From Paraspadella gotoi (taxonomy: Eukaryota > Animalia > Chaetognatha): 64,000 nt of DNA. How positions within the stretch are numbered: the stretch's first letter is position 1; every line of letters starts with the position of its first letter. A program made the translations under genes and the position numbers. A model generated the notes under the pieces. It was not told the origin of the DNA. It did no database searches and worked only from the letters and a program-made list of their open reading frames with translations. The stretch is from contig CM119267.1 of assembly GCA_051294375.1 (NCBI GenBank), positions 9,536,339-9,600,338 of the forward strand. Direction: 5' to 3'. This document shows positions 12,123 through 25,020 of this stretch, piece after piece.

Positions 12123-14883
12123 TGTTGGTTCAATGTGGACGACGGAAGGTCGATCACCTTTATATATTATTATATTTACGTTTAAGCAATTAATTTCATT
12201 AGTTATGTACTAAAACAAAAACTGCCTTCAAAACAAACCAAAAAATCCATCTAATCGCTGAGATTTTTAGATCCATGTCCATTGTCCAAAGAAGCCAATG
12301 TTATCTTCTGCATTCACTCAACGAAATAGCCTCCGCCTCTGAGCATTGACTGTGCGCACTGTTACGACAGCCTCATTTCCCATTTTCCTCCAAATCTCGA
12401 CGAGGATCCTTTGCATCGAATCAAAGAGATGCAACCTCAGTCGCTTCAAATAACTCCCTCTCAAATCTCTAATGATTTCCCCACTCTCATCTTACCTCCC
12501 CCACTTTAACCGCTCCCCCTTGCCGCAGATTCGGCTGCGGAGTTGCATCACTCGGCGGAGGGCAAAACCTCGTCCTCGTCGTCGGCGGAGAACGGGGAAC
12601 ATCTTTCGGCGCAGAGGGCCAGCGGCCGAGGATCGAAGGATCCTCCTGCCCCTCCTCATCACGGTCTTCAGCTCAAGTGAGCGGCGGATGGATCGAAATT
12701 TTATAGAGGGGAGATCGAAAAAGGATCTCTGCATCGCGGGAGCGTTCGAGCTCGCCCCCGTTTTTGTTGGGGGTGGAGACGCGCGGTCGTAGATTGGAAG
12801 GTGGAAGGAGGGGGTTGGATAAAGGGTTCGATTGAAGAGGAATTCAGATGGAGAAGAGCGTCGTTACGCTTATGGCGCAATTGGAAATCTTTCAAAAGTT
12901 TATAATTAACTTGCGGCCATTTCACAGAGAATCGGGGTTTTTTTCGTTGTATATATTTTATATACGTATAAAATAAAATAAAAATAAAAAAAAAACCGTA
13001 AATCTTCCTTCAGGTCCCCCAACTCAACGACCGATACGGCGCCGACTCATCTCGTCTACGTCCAATACGCGTCTTCAGGTCAAAGCCCCTCGCGTCAGGA
13101 GCGTCTTTCACCTCGCCCGGCGTCGCCAGTAACGCCGCCAACGCCCCCTAGTGCCGCGCAAAGCGTTTCTTCTGTAGCCGCGCCCATCTATTTCATCGAT
13201 CCCGTCACCCATCAGATCTGGACAACGACTGCGCCGACGAATTCTCCCAACAAGGATTCGAAGCCTTCCCTGCCTCCGACGCCCCTAACGCCGCCTTCAC
13301 CGCCTCCGCCGTCTTCCTCCGACTTCCGCGGGCAGAGGGGCGTGTACAGCGAGTTGGACGCCATCTCAAAGTTGCGAAGCCTCGAAGAGCACCGAAAAAA
13401 GCCGAGCTTTCAACAAGAATCTGGCCGGCCTCGCTCTCTTTCGCCTCCGGGCCATTCGTCCTCCGCGGCCCATGAGCGTCCACCGTCGCCGGCCAGGGAA
13501 GATCGTCCGGCAAAGATCGGCCGGTCCGCGTCTTCCAACCCTTCGACAACGACGGCTCATAATCCTCTTCATCATCATCCTCGCGCGAAGACTCAATACG
13601 AACATCTTCCCTATCATCAGCAGCAGCTTCAGCAGCCTCATCATCATCACAGTCAACAAGGATTGCCGCTTTTAGCCGCCTCCGCTGCCTTGGCTTCTCC
13701 CGTTACTGTGCCTACGCTCGGCGGCGGCGGTGGCGGAGGCGGCGGCAGCGGAGGAGGAGAACTTCGCCATCGCTCGACTCGCTCTCCCTCGCCGTCTCGT
13801 CGATCCCCTAGTCGACAAGATCCTTATCGCGCAGCGTACGAAGGATTTGCGAACAAAAGCCGAGGCCTACCAGCCGCGGAGGCCGCCTTCCACGAGCCTC
13901 CTTCGATCCCGACGCCTCTAAACCTTAAGTCGGAGTCTTCTCGGTCCGCTTCTACGCGAGACAGGGGTTTGGAGAGCCCGATCAAAGCCATTCCCGCGGG
14001 GCAGTCGACTCGAGATCAAGGTTTAGAGGCTCTGATCCCCTTTCCCCAGCACCGTTTCGTGTCCGTGCCGACCGAAGCTTCGAGAACCCCGTCGCCCGCG
14101 TCCAAATCCTCTAACACAACCCGGACGCAAGTCAGTTTCAATCCGGCGATGCTCCACACCAACGCGCGTAAGGACGGCAACGTTTACCTGTGGCAGTGTC
14201 CAGTCTGTCAGAAACCATTTATGCGCAAGAGTTCACTGGTCAGGCACGAGAAGACGCACACGGGGGAACGCCCCTACGGCTGTCCACACTGCGAAAAAAG
14301 GTTCATACAAAAGTCAGACCTAAACCGACACATAGGCCTGCACACAGGACAGAAGCCGTTCAAATGCTCTCAGTGTGACAAGAGCTACACTCAGAGCAAC
14401 TCCCTACTGGAGCATTCCGTACGCGCCCACCAGTGCTCCGAGCCATATCCCTGCCCTCATTGTCCGCAGCGTTTCATGCAGCGACACATGCTCACTCTCC
14501 ACCTTACCAAGGGTCACAGGTTGCCAGCGCCACCGCCTATCAGTCAGGTCGTTTCTGGTGCGATTCTTGCGCCGACGACATCGGAGACGCGGAAACGGTC
14601 GAGATCTCCGTCACCGCGGGTGGAGACGCCCTTGGCCGAGGAGGTCGTTGTAGGCACTTCGGAGAGTCCAGATGTCGCCGCGGACAACCCCGCCGCGGCT
14701 GCCTCTGACGCTCCCGCTTTTCCTGTCGTTTATCGCGGACACATGATCGAAGAGAATGGATTTCCTCGGAAGATGTTGGTGACGTCGTTTAGGGAAGACA
14801 ACGTCGTCAACGACCCGGAGGTTATGGACTTGAGAGTAGGACCCATGGAGACCCACGATGCCCTTTCGTCGAACAAAAATTAA
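11096..14883 (+). CDS. C2H2 zinc-finger transcription factor, ~895 aa, 4 fingers, with an N-terminal folded domain
   Basis: Exons 11096-11357, 11440-11641, 11792-11997, 12529-12676, 13014-14883 splice with consistent phases and no stops (2688 nt). Fingers: CPVC..HEKTH, TGERPY linker, CPHC..HIGLH, TGQKPF linker, CSQC..HSVRAH, CPHC..HLTKGH. Confidence 0.88.
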
Positions 14884-15942
14884 TTACCGTATTTATTTCC
14901 TTGATTTCTTTCTGAAAGTAAAACATCGGCCCTCGAACCTATTTATAAATTTGAATTATTTAATGTCTCGAGTTTTTGTTCTTTGTTATAATAAATTATT
15001 ATTTACATTGTAGATTTTAGTTATGTATTATTTGTAGTTTTTGTTTTTTTGATTTCCATTCATTATGTTATGGCAATATTTATTTAAAATATTCTAATTT
15101 CAAAGGCTCGTTAAAATTATATTAAAATTTATTCTAAATAATTTATTTAAGAACCGTTATTTTAAAAAATGTGACTTGAATGCAAAATCAGTAGTGAAAC
15201 TAATTAGGAACGTATTAAAATTCTGAACAATGTTGTGTATTCGTTGTATTTGAATAATTTATAAAATGTTACACTTTATTTATGTCATTCCTTCGCTTTT
15301 ATGTCAAACTCTTTTGCAGTAAATTTATTGGTATTTTTTTATTTTTGACGTTTCCTTTCACGACAGAAAGACTAGTTTGAGTTTTCGAATATGCAAACTT
15401 CCGGCAGATTACTGATTAGTCTTTTGATACCGAATACAGAGCGGAGCCGATTCGATGTTCGCACCATCTAGTCAAATTGAGAATAGAAAAGGCATTTTTT
15501 AACTCTTGAAAAGTATATTTAAAGTATGGCCGTAATTTATAAAATATTTAAAAATAAAAAATTCGAAGATAATGTTCGAACATACAATCTGGAGATGTGT
15601 TAATCTTAAAGATGCAGAAGCGATCCAGGAACCGAAAGCGAACACATCGGAGGCGGTAGATTTTTTTAGGCAGCGAAAGTGACAGCGATAGAAAATTGTG
15701 TGAAAACGGGTTGAATACGGAAACGATATTTTACCCATCAATTTCGCATCTTTGATCATTTATCCTTCTCATATTTTTTTTGTGAGAAAAAAAAAATATA
15801 AAGAAATATAAGTTTTTAATATTGAGAAAAAGTTAAAAAAAGCTAAATGTTAAGATTTAAGTGAAGCATTAAAACTTTTAGCAATTGATACAAAATATTT
15901 TTTTTAATAAACCGGTCATACCCTCGCCAAAAAAAAACACAA

Positions 15943-17155
15943 TCACGAGGATTTGTCTTTGTAGACGACGGCACTACCGTTGGCTTCGGGAGTCACGGTC
16001 CGTTCCGCGGAACGACTCTTCGCTCCGATCGCCTTCGCGTAGTAATCGATGAAGAGAATGAGAAACAGAAGCGAGTAGACGTTCATCCCGTAAGCGAAGA
16101 GGAGAGGATATCCACAAGGGTTGTGGACGAACAACTGCGCCGTGTGGGCGTACATGGCGACGAACTGGAAGATCTGCAGCCGCGTTACCCACGACTTCCA
16201 CCAGAGCCACTTCTGGTAAGCGGGACCCAGCGCCGACAATCCGTAGTACGCGTACATGACGGTGTGGACGAAGGAGTTGATGGTGGCAAAGAAGGCGCCG
16301 TGTCCTCCAGGTACCATCTTGATCCCGTACCAGAGGGAGAGGGGCACGGCAAAGTGGTGGAAGACGTGGAGGAAGGTGATCTGGGATCCTTTCTTCCGAA
16401 GGACGAAAATAAACGTGTCGGCGAACTCGATGAGCTTAATGAAGTAGAACGCATAGGCCAGATAGACTTGGCGGACTGCGTCGTAGTTGAGGGACGTGTC
16501 AACGGCTGCGGGAAATGACGGAAATGTGGAATTAGAAAATTTGATACTTAAATCATAATTGTGGTTTTTTTTTCGCATTGTCTTTTGTCTTTAATATTTT
16601 TTCTGTCCAATTTAAGTAGCCGAGAATTCACCCTTCAAATTTAGACGGACAATCTGACAATAACAATTACAATTGCTTGAAATTTCGGGAGGGCCTATGT
16701 ACGTAACAAATTATATTACCGTAGTCTGACCAAAGTCAAGGGCAAGAGCCTAATTTTAGAATTAATCGATAAATTGTTCATCTGTTGTACCAATTTCATA
16801 CTGATTCCATAGCTTCCGCGATATTTGGGACTTCAAATATTCCTAATTCACCTTGACATCGCAACGAGTAACCGTTTAGCCAACAGTATCTAAAGAGATC
16901 GATGACCAAAACTCCGTTAATGATGACCATTCCGAAGTTGTAGGCGCACATGAACCCGCGAATCTCGAATGGGCGTCGACTCCTCATGACGAGTTGGCCC
17001 CCGAAGACGACGACGAGGTAGGCCAAGCAGACGATGAGTCCGTGCCACGCCGTCGACATCAACGGAAGCCCAGAAATACGCGGGTCGCCGAGTTTAGCGA
17101 TTCTCCCGTCCATCTCGTTTAGTTTATCTACAAGGGCGCTCATTTGCGAAATCAT
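15943..17155 (-). CDS. ELOVL: Fatty-acid elongase, ELOVL1/7-like (copy A, 288 aa, one intron)
   Basis: Exons 17155-16852 and 16505-15943 (G|GTGAAT ... CCCGCAG). Motifs KLIEFADT, FLHVFHH, NSFVHTVMYAYY, LWWK, TRLQIFQ; C-terminal KDKSS fits the KxKxx ER-retrieval signal. Confidence 0.95.
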
Positions 17156-17278
17156 ATTCTTTGGCGTCTGTGCCTCTGTCCGTCGGGATACGTGCTTTTA
17201 TTTCTTATTGTTATTTCTTAAATAATTTCGATTTGCTTCACGAAGGAAGCAAGGAGCAAATGAGTTGTTTTTTTCATG

Positions 17279-17322
<44 letters not shown>

Positions 17323-17334
17323 TCTCCCTCCCTC

Positions 17335-17380
<46 letters not shown>

Positions 17381-18759
17381 TCTCTCTCTCCTCTCTCTCT
17401 CTCTCTCTTCACAAAAACTTTCAGAAAATGGAAGAAAGAGGATCAGTTTAAAAGCTGATTGTCGTACTCAATCCAGTTAAATTCTAATTTATTTTACTTT
17501 CTTGAAAAGTTTCTTGACTTAGGGCTGCCAAAAATAAATATTTAGGGCATTTTCATGCGGAAGTTAGTGACGACAGGTAACGACTGAAAACGTACTATAA
17601 GTGTTGAATTTTCATTATCTATTAAAAATGTTTAATCTCTTAAAATACCAAGTAAAACCCAGACTCAGGTATAAATTGAACTCTCTCCCTTTCTCTTTCT
17701 GCTTCTCTCTTTTTAAGTAAGAACAAAGAAAAGGGAAATAATACAAAGTACGTTAAGGCACATGAAAGGAAAAAGGAGATAATTATCTTGGAAATTATAT
17801 ATTGTGGCAGCACGACTTAAAGCTGCCTCACCGCTGTCCGTCCTCAGCCTCGTCTCAATGGCTGAGCAGGCGAAATCATCTCGTTTCAACCGTGAGTCCC
17901 GTCCCGCCAGTTGGTGAGAAATCTTTAAGATCCGTTTTTTATTTCTTATCTTCAGACAAAGTGCCCGATATAATGTTTGACATTTTTGAAGTCACACGAT
18001 TTTTTTTCCTTCAAGAGCCGGTCACAGTTCAGGCGGGCAACACGATATTAGTAAAAATATTTTTATAGACTATCTTTTAAAAATATTTATTTAAAGAGTA
18101 GTAAAAATTTTTTAAACAATATATGTAGAGTAATTATTCCTACTCATTTTCTTCATACCCTTCCTTAAATTTAAAAATTAATATATAATATTATTGAATA
18201 ATTTCCTTTATAATGAAATCAAAAAAAAATTTCTGCGCTCTGAAAGGACTTGCCATCTTTCTGAAACCGTAAAAAATTATTACAAAATTACAAAATGTTT
18301 TATAAGGTTTGGTAGCTTTTCAGAAGAATTTGGGCTTTAGTAGCCTCAAATTCATAGGATTAACTTTTATAATTTATTTTATAATTTGTTCAAAAATATT
18401 AAGTTCGAATTGCCTAGCTATTTTAAAATATAACAAACTCACTAAAAATGTCCCCTTTTTTTATACAATTAATTCGAACTTAGCTGACAACACAATTTTC
18501 TTAAGTATTCAGATAACAAGTTTGAGCAAACAATCCCGGATCTGCCCACGATCATTAGCGGTAAGCAGCTGTCAAAATTGTTTTACACTTTGTCTCGCCT
18601 CTCAATCACAAAACAATCTCGATCACAAAATTAATTACAAATAATTAATAATTAATACATTTAATATAAAAATAAAAAAGCATAATCAAATAATGAAATA
18701 GATTGTTTTTTTTTATATTTTAACTCATTTCCACTTGGATTATTTCATCGAAACTTTAT

Positions 18760-19064
18760 TTCCTGCTAAATCACACACTTTTCTACCCACATACAAAATT
18801 TGAAGTCAATCGGCCAATTCACTCATGAGTAATTGGAGTTCAAATAGTGAAATATTTTTTTTCGTTTTTTACATTTTAACTAATTGGAGTTTTTTGCTAA
18901 GATGGGACGGACAGACAGACAGACATTTTTTTTGCATAATTTATCATAATTCAATGCTTTGACATGATATAAGTGAATGCCCGACAAGATTGGGGGACAG
19001 ACCGACGGACCGACAAAGTGAATTATTGAGCCGGAATCTGCTGTAAGTAAATCCGGCTAAAAAA
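18760..19064 (-). mobile_element. Helentron/DINE-like (HINE) non-autonomous element fragment
   Basis: (GACA)n/(GACC) microsatellite core and an AAATTTGAAGTCAATCGG block. Terminal hairpin AGCCGG..CCGGCT next to an A/T run. 18993-19030 is the reverse complement of the core at 53598-53635. Confidence 0.5.
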
Positions 19065-20508
19065 GCTGCTCCTCCCAACGACCGGCTTTTCGTGAGATCA
19101 CTAATAAGGTTATAAGGGAAACCGGTCTTTCTCTATTGATTTCTTCTCTCCCGCCTGAGTCCCGGCTCTTTTTTTTTCGCTTTTAGACAGAAAAGCTAAC
19201 CCAAGATTGTGTTTACTTTCGTCCAAGCTTCGCAACCGCTGGTTTCACTATTTGCTCTTGCTATCTCCTTCTCTCTTAGGCTTATAGGTGTGTCTATTTT
19301 ATGCTAGACGCAGAGCAAAGAGAGAGAGAGAGAAAGAGAGAGGGAAAGAAAGCCTAGCGTTGCCGGAGCGCATTTGGATTTTCCTCCCGCGCGAGTCCTT
19401 AAGAAAATTTTCCAAATCGATGATTTTCTCTCAACTACTTCGAAACGATTAATATGCCGGCGTTTCACTCTTAAATTCGACGTGTGGTCGAAGAAAAAAT
19501 TACCGCATTCAACTTGTATAGAGTAACTGCGTTTTTTGTTCTCGATTCAATTCCCGAGTGGAACCGAAGTCGAACTCGGGGGCGAAAACATTTTTAAAAA
19601 ATGGAATTCTTTTTTGAAAAAAAAAAATTAAGTTGCTATAAAAAAGTAAAATTGTTAACTTGGTAAATAATTGTAAATAACTAATAACGTTTCTCAAAAT
19701 ATCATATCGTTTTAGATTTTTTTACTTTAGTAAAATAATTCAATTTTTAAGCTATAATTTTGTCTTTAAATCTGTTAATAAAGTACTCATAATGTTGTTA
19801 ATACTACACCGAAGCACTATTTATGAAATTGGTAAAACCACTGTTACTTCATCTATTCATTAAAACGTGATATAATTTTTTTGTCTTTTCATGTTTTACT
19901 TAGTCCGTCAATATCGTTATTTTTAATGTAGAAGATGGATAACAACAATTACAATATTATAATAGCTCTGTTAAATTAGCAACTTGATGAAACTTTAGAG
20001 TTAAGATTTTCAGTACTGCCATTTTTTTCAAAAATTCTCTAGGTTTCTTTGAAAGCCAATAGTTGAATTTTTGTAATTTAATTAATTGTAACAGTCTGCA
20101 GAAACCATTAAAAGTTCAACCGACCGTAATGACGGTCGTTTAGGCCGATTATAGCCTCGTTCCTTCCTTCTTCTTTGCACTTGATTTTAACTTTCTTTGC
20201 TTCTTTCTGCTCAGCTCTGAAAATAAAGCGATCTCGATCGCTTGGTCTAACTTGGGCGAGGCTCTCGTAGCGTGGAACATCTGGTCCGATCTTCAAAAAA
20301 AAAAAAAAACCGGACTGCTCGGTTGATCATCGCCTTTTCTTTCCTGCACCGCCGAGATCTCTACGCAAAATCCTCAAGACGAACCCACGGGCCAAAAAAA
20401 AAAAAAATAATCGTGGGCGTTACGTAGGATCGTTTGTGATCCTTTTAAACATTCTCAATAAAAACTAAAAAAATCCATTTTCCTGAAAAAGTAAATTTCC
20501 TGGGCAAG

Positions 20509-21366
20509 ATGGCTCTTAACACTGTGACAGATTACTTATTATCTTTGGACGATATGATGGCCTCCATCGCCGACGCTCGTATCTCGGCTTATCCATTGAT
20601 GGGCTCCACTTGGCCGCAACTCATGTTATGCTGCCTTTATGTGGTGCTCGTCTACGCCGGGATGCGCTTTATGAAGTCGCGAAAGGCGGTGGAGATGCGC
20701 GGCGTGATGATAGGCTACAACTTTGGGATGGTACTGCTGAACGGATTCATCGTGTTGGAGCTGCTGCGTTTCGCCTGGTTCGGCGGCTACTCCTTGCGCT
20801 GCGCCGCTGTTGAAAAGAACGAGAGTCTTGCGTCCACCCGGATCGTCGGCGCCGCTTTTCTCTTCTGGTTCGTCAAGATCATCGAATTTTCCGATACATT
20901 CATGTTCGTTCTGCGCAAGAAATACTCGCAGATCACATTCCTCCACGTGTTTCACCACTTCGCCGTCCCTTTGTCCACTTGGTTCGGGGTCAAGGTGGTT
21001 CCTGGAGGACACGGCGCCTTCTTCGCGACCGTCAACTCCTTCGTCCACGTTGTAATGTACACCTACTACGGAATTTCTGCGCTCGGTCCCGCATATCAGA
21101 AGTGGCTCTGGTGGAAGCCGTGGATGACGCGACTCCAATTGATACAGTTCGTTGCCCTTTACCTTCATTCGGGGCAACTGTTCTTCGACAACTCCTGCGG
21201 CTACCCCATAATTTTCGCCTACGCCGTCAACATTTACTCCATCATCTTCTTTATCCTCTTCATGGATTACTATGTGAAAGCGTATCGCGGAAAAAATCTC
21301 AGACAAGTGGGCGCGCCTGTTCCAATGGCAACGAATGGAGAAGCAACCCATGTCAAAAAAGAATAA
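20509..21366 (+). CDS. ELOVL: Fatty-acid elongase, ELOVL1/7-like (copy B, 285 aa, intronless CDS)
   Basis: Single ORF with KIIEFSDT, FLHVFHH, PGGHGAFF, NSFVHVVMYTYY, LWWK, TRLQLIQ; collinear with copy A. Confidence 0.96.
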   Translation: MALNTVTDYLLSLDDMMASIADARISAYPLMGSTWPQLMLCCLYVVLVYAGMRFMKSRKAVEMRGVMIGYNFGMVLLNGFIVLELLRFAWFGGYSLRCAAVEKNESLASTRIVGAAFLFWFVKIIEFSDTFMFVLRKKYSQITFLHVFHHFAVPLSTWFGVKVVPGGHGAFFATVNSFVHVVMYTYYGISALGPAYQKWLWWKPWMTRLQLIQFVALYLHSGQLFFDNSCGYPIIFAYAVNIYSIIFFILFMDYYVKAYRGKNLRQVGAPVPMATNGEATHVKKE

Positions 21367-22452
21367 CTATTCATAATTTTTATAAAAACAATTTTAAACA
21401 CGAGACTTTTATATCTTAAAATAATTAAAGCAGATAAATATACTCCCTGTAGTGTAGTTGTTATTCTACTAATAATTGTTTGACGGTATTCAAATATTTC
21501 ACTTCTGAAAAATTCCATTTAAAAAAAATATATAATAATTTTTCCTGTTCTTGATTAAATTTAGACCTGATTAAGTTATTTAATGCTTTATCGTAGTTTC
21601 TTATTTTAAGTTGAAATATGTACTTATAATAAGTTATGTAGATAGATTGCAGTGGACATTATTTTCTCTGAAAAAACCTACAGGCAACTTAATATGTACT
21701 TATCAGTCTTTTGGGTTATTGTAAAGTCCTGACGACCCCCGGGTTTGAGAGTGGTTCCGTCCCGACGTCTTCTCCCTCTCCGCTAGGTCGAGGAGGGGGG
21801 TTCTTTCATTATGAGCACGACATGTCTATCAAGTGTTATTATTTTTATAAAAATTAAAATTTTAAAAATTTATTTAAATAGTCGTTACGACAAACGGAAC
21901 TGAACTGTAATTTATATTATAATAACGCTTATTGGAGATACAATTTTGTTTTTGTGGAACAGAATGGCGCGAACTCTGGTGTTAAAGATTGAGAAGCGAA
22001 AAAACAAAACACTTCTTTGAATGTCACGTCCGACAGCCGGACGAGATTGCCTCTTATTCTTGCTAGTTAAGCCTCTTACTCTTAGCCCAACTTTCAATAA
22101 TAAGAAAAATCTTTTAAAAGTGATGCAAAACAAAAATACGAACTCACGAATGCTACGTAGAAGATTTAATATCTTTGCTATAAGGTTAGGACTTGTTCAA
22201 TTGTTAGTTACACGTGCTTTTCATAAATCAATAATATTGAAAAGCAATAGGCGAGCCAAGCAAGATACTTTCTGCTGCCTCTAAAAAAATGTTATGTAGG
22301 TTAAGTTCAAATTTTAAATTTAGAAAGAATCGATGTAAGTACAAAAATCAATAATAAGACAGTTTTATTCACTTTCTGGTTTGTGTTCATTTTTTTTGTT
22401 AAACTGAGAGAAACAAACATTAACGTAGCTAATACATACAATGCATTGATGC

Positions 22453-22513
22453 TTTGTTAAGGCAGTGATTTCTATCGAGGAATTTGTTAAGGCAGTGATT
22501 TCTATCGAGGAAT
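22453..22513. repeat. Perfect 30-bp tandem duplication
   Basis: TTTGTTAAGGCAGTGATTTCTATCGAGGAA occurs twice in a row. Confidence 0.9.
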
Positions 22514-22567
22514 TCAGCAAAAAACAAGCACTTTTTATAATATTGCTAGAATATTACCTACAAAATT

Positions 22568-22705
22568 GGGCTAAATTTTACTTTCGCCGACCGCGATTTT
22601 GGCGGCTTTTGAAAAGTTATTTAAAAATACTATACTATACTATTTAAAAAATATTATTTAATTACCCTAACCCTAAACCCTCTTAACCTTAACTTAAAAA
22701 ACCGC
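22568..22705 (+). mobile_element. Truncated copy of the CCCTAA-containing MITE family
   Basis: Starts GGGCTAAATTTTACTTTCGCCGACCGCG and continues into TAATTACCCTAACCCTAAACCCTCTTAACC, as in 34101-34272. Confidence 0.7.
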
Positions 22706-25020
22706 ATTCTTTTAATGTTATGCCTTATGGGAAGCTTCAGGACATTTTTTTCCCCAATCGACACGTTTTTGCAGAAAAATTTTTTCAAAAATCTGTCGAT
22801 TTTCTAAATCTGCTTTAATGGGAACAGCATTAAAGAAATCCATTATGGGTATTAGTTAGTGTGTTAAAATATTCGCTAATAATACTTATTATATTGCTAT
22901 ATAATGTTACAAATTTTTTTGGATGTTTTAAGTTTTTTTAATTGATTCTGATAAAGCTAAAAAATTAAATAAAAAAATTAATTCTAATTTTTAAAAAAAT
23001 TTTTCTTTTATTACTAAAAATTAGTAATAACTGTTAAAATCATTGCATGGTGATGATAATGCTAATTTTTAAAAGGTTATCTAAATTTTGACCTATTTAA
23101 CATCAAAGTATTAAAAAAAGAATACTTTTTATAAGCTATCCCAATCTCCCTTTAAAAGTAAAAAATTCCAAAAAAATGTTTTGATATTTCTTATCTATAA
23201 ATAAATATTATAAAAATAATTACTAGTGGTTTGAGCCATTTTAAAAAAATTTGGTCCATTGAAAGTTTTCTCAGAAATATCTGAAGTTCCATTTGGGAAG
23301 GTTCCCTAATCAAATTACTGACCCACCCCATTGTTATAGATTAGCCTTATCTAAAATTAAATCGTGCATAAGTAGGAGTAGCCTTATTTTTAAGATCAGA
23401 TTCGGGTAGCTTGCAAAAAGTTGTCTACACATAGCATAATTCTTTTTTCGATATTTTGATCATAAGTGGGTGAAAAATATAAAAAACTATTTATAATAAT
23501 CATCATCATCTTTCAATAATTTATTACTTTTTCTTAATTTTGACCAAGAAAACATAATAATTTTTGAAAGTTAGTTATATTTTTTTTATTTAACTTTTTA
23601 TGCTCTATAAGAATCCATCAAAAAAGGTTAAGATTAATTTTTAAAAAATGTAGTAATATTGTAATTTTGATAGCAACAATAAAAGCATTAAAATCGAACT
23701 TTTTAAAAAATTCTTTTTTTACCTGAAAGTAGACTTCAAGACTAAAGTTTGGAACCCCCGCCCCTATTGAATTTAATTTCATAGTAGATTTCTAGCATAA
23801 GCAAGTTCTCGATTTTTTTTCTGGCTCTGACTTAATCTTTAAGAATCTTATTTGTTGCAGGATCTAAGGGCTTAAATTGGCCTGTAATGAACTTACATCC
23901 TGTTTGACAACCCGTTTTATTCGATTTGATCTAATTTGATTTGGTTCACTATAATACTAACCCCAGCCTAAAAATGTTTTTATACTAGCTTATAGTTTTC
24001 TATTATCGAATTTTAAAGTTTAAAGGTTTAAAAAAAAAATCAGTTTATGATATAAATAAAAAGATTATGGTGGAGATTTAAAAAAAATATATTGTAAAAG
24101 AACAGAAGGTTATGAAGACTCGAAAAACAGAGTCGAAACATGTTATAAATATATCGTTGTTTGTCAAAATTAAACTCTCTGCTTTGTACACGAAGAAGGT
24201 TACTTCTATATTTGTTCTTCACTACTAGATACTAAGATGCAATCGTAAGAGCATATAGCAAGACTATCTAGTCTTAACTTGATAACAATTTTTGTTTCAG
24301 GGTAATTCTTTCAACAATAAATTTCGGTTTTAGGACGGTCTAACGAAGTGAACAAGTCTTAAACTCCTTTTTTCTTCAATACAATCACCACAGTCAATAT
24401 AAAAGTAAATTTTATTAGGATTAAAAGGTCTTGATATAAATTTTGTACTTATTGTCTCGACGTGACGGTTTCCCCTCTCAAAGTGGGCGCCGGCCCATCG
24501 CCTCGCTCTTTTCCTCCTCTCGTCTGCGAGGAGGAGAAGCGGAAAAAAATTATTCGTTTCGCTTCTTTCTTTTTATTCTTTTTATTTTTAATGTTCGATT
24601 TTATGATTGCGTGCCATACCGCCATTTCAATCTCCGATCCTTCTTCTCTTTTCCAGAAGGAAAAAAAAAAGATTTAAAATTTAAGGCTGCCTTTCTCCGA
24701 AATCTCATTTCTCTCTTTTAATCTCTCGATTCTTCGAAGATTTTTTTGCGGTTTCATATTAAAGTTTTTTTTTATCCGACAACTAAAAAAAAATATTCTA
24801 GTTTTTTTTTTCTTTTGGCGTAAGAAATAGACACAAACGCTTTGTTTTTACCAATAACGAAGTTTTTAGTTTGTTAAATCCTTGTCGGTGGACATTCGGC
24901 TTCGCTTCCGATTTTTATTAACACGAGGTTGGTACGCTTCGATTATTTAGATAATTTAAATGTGTCATTTTTAGTTTTAACTTTGCGAATAATAATAAAA
25001 AAAAACTATTTCGTAGAAAA

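Noticed and set aside
9300-15780. ~630-bp inverted arms flanking the zinc-finger gene, as if it were cargo of a fold-back or Pack-type transposon
   Set aside because: The left arm is blended with the noisy inverted PMCA copy, both arms show raw-read-like indels, and no TSD is visible; an artefact is more parsimonious.
20610-21419. Overlapping alternative-frame and antisense ORFs over the ELOVL genes (likewise over PMCA and the zinc-finger gene)
   Set aside because: They are expected shadows of GC3-rich coding sequence.
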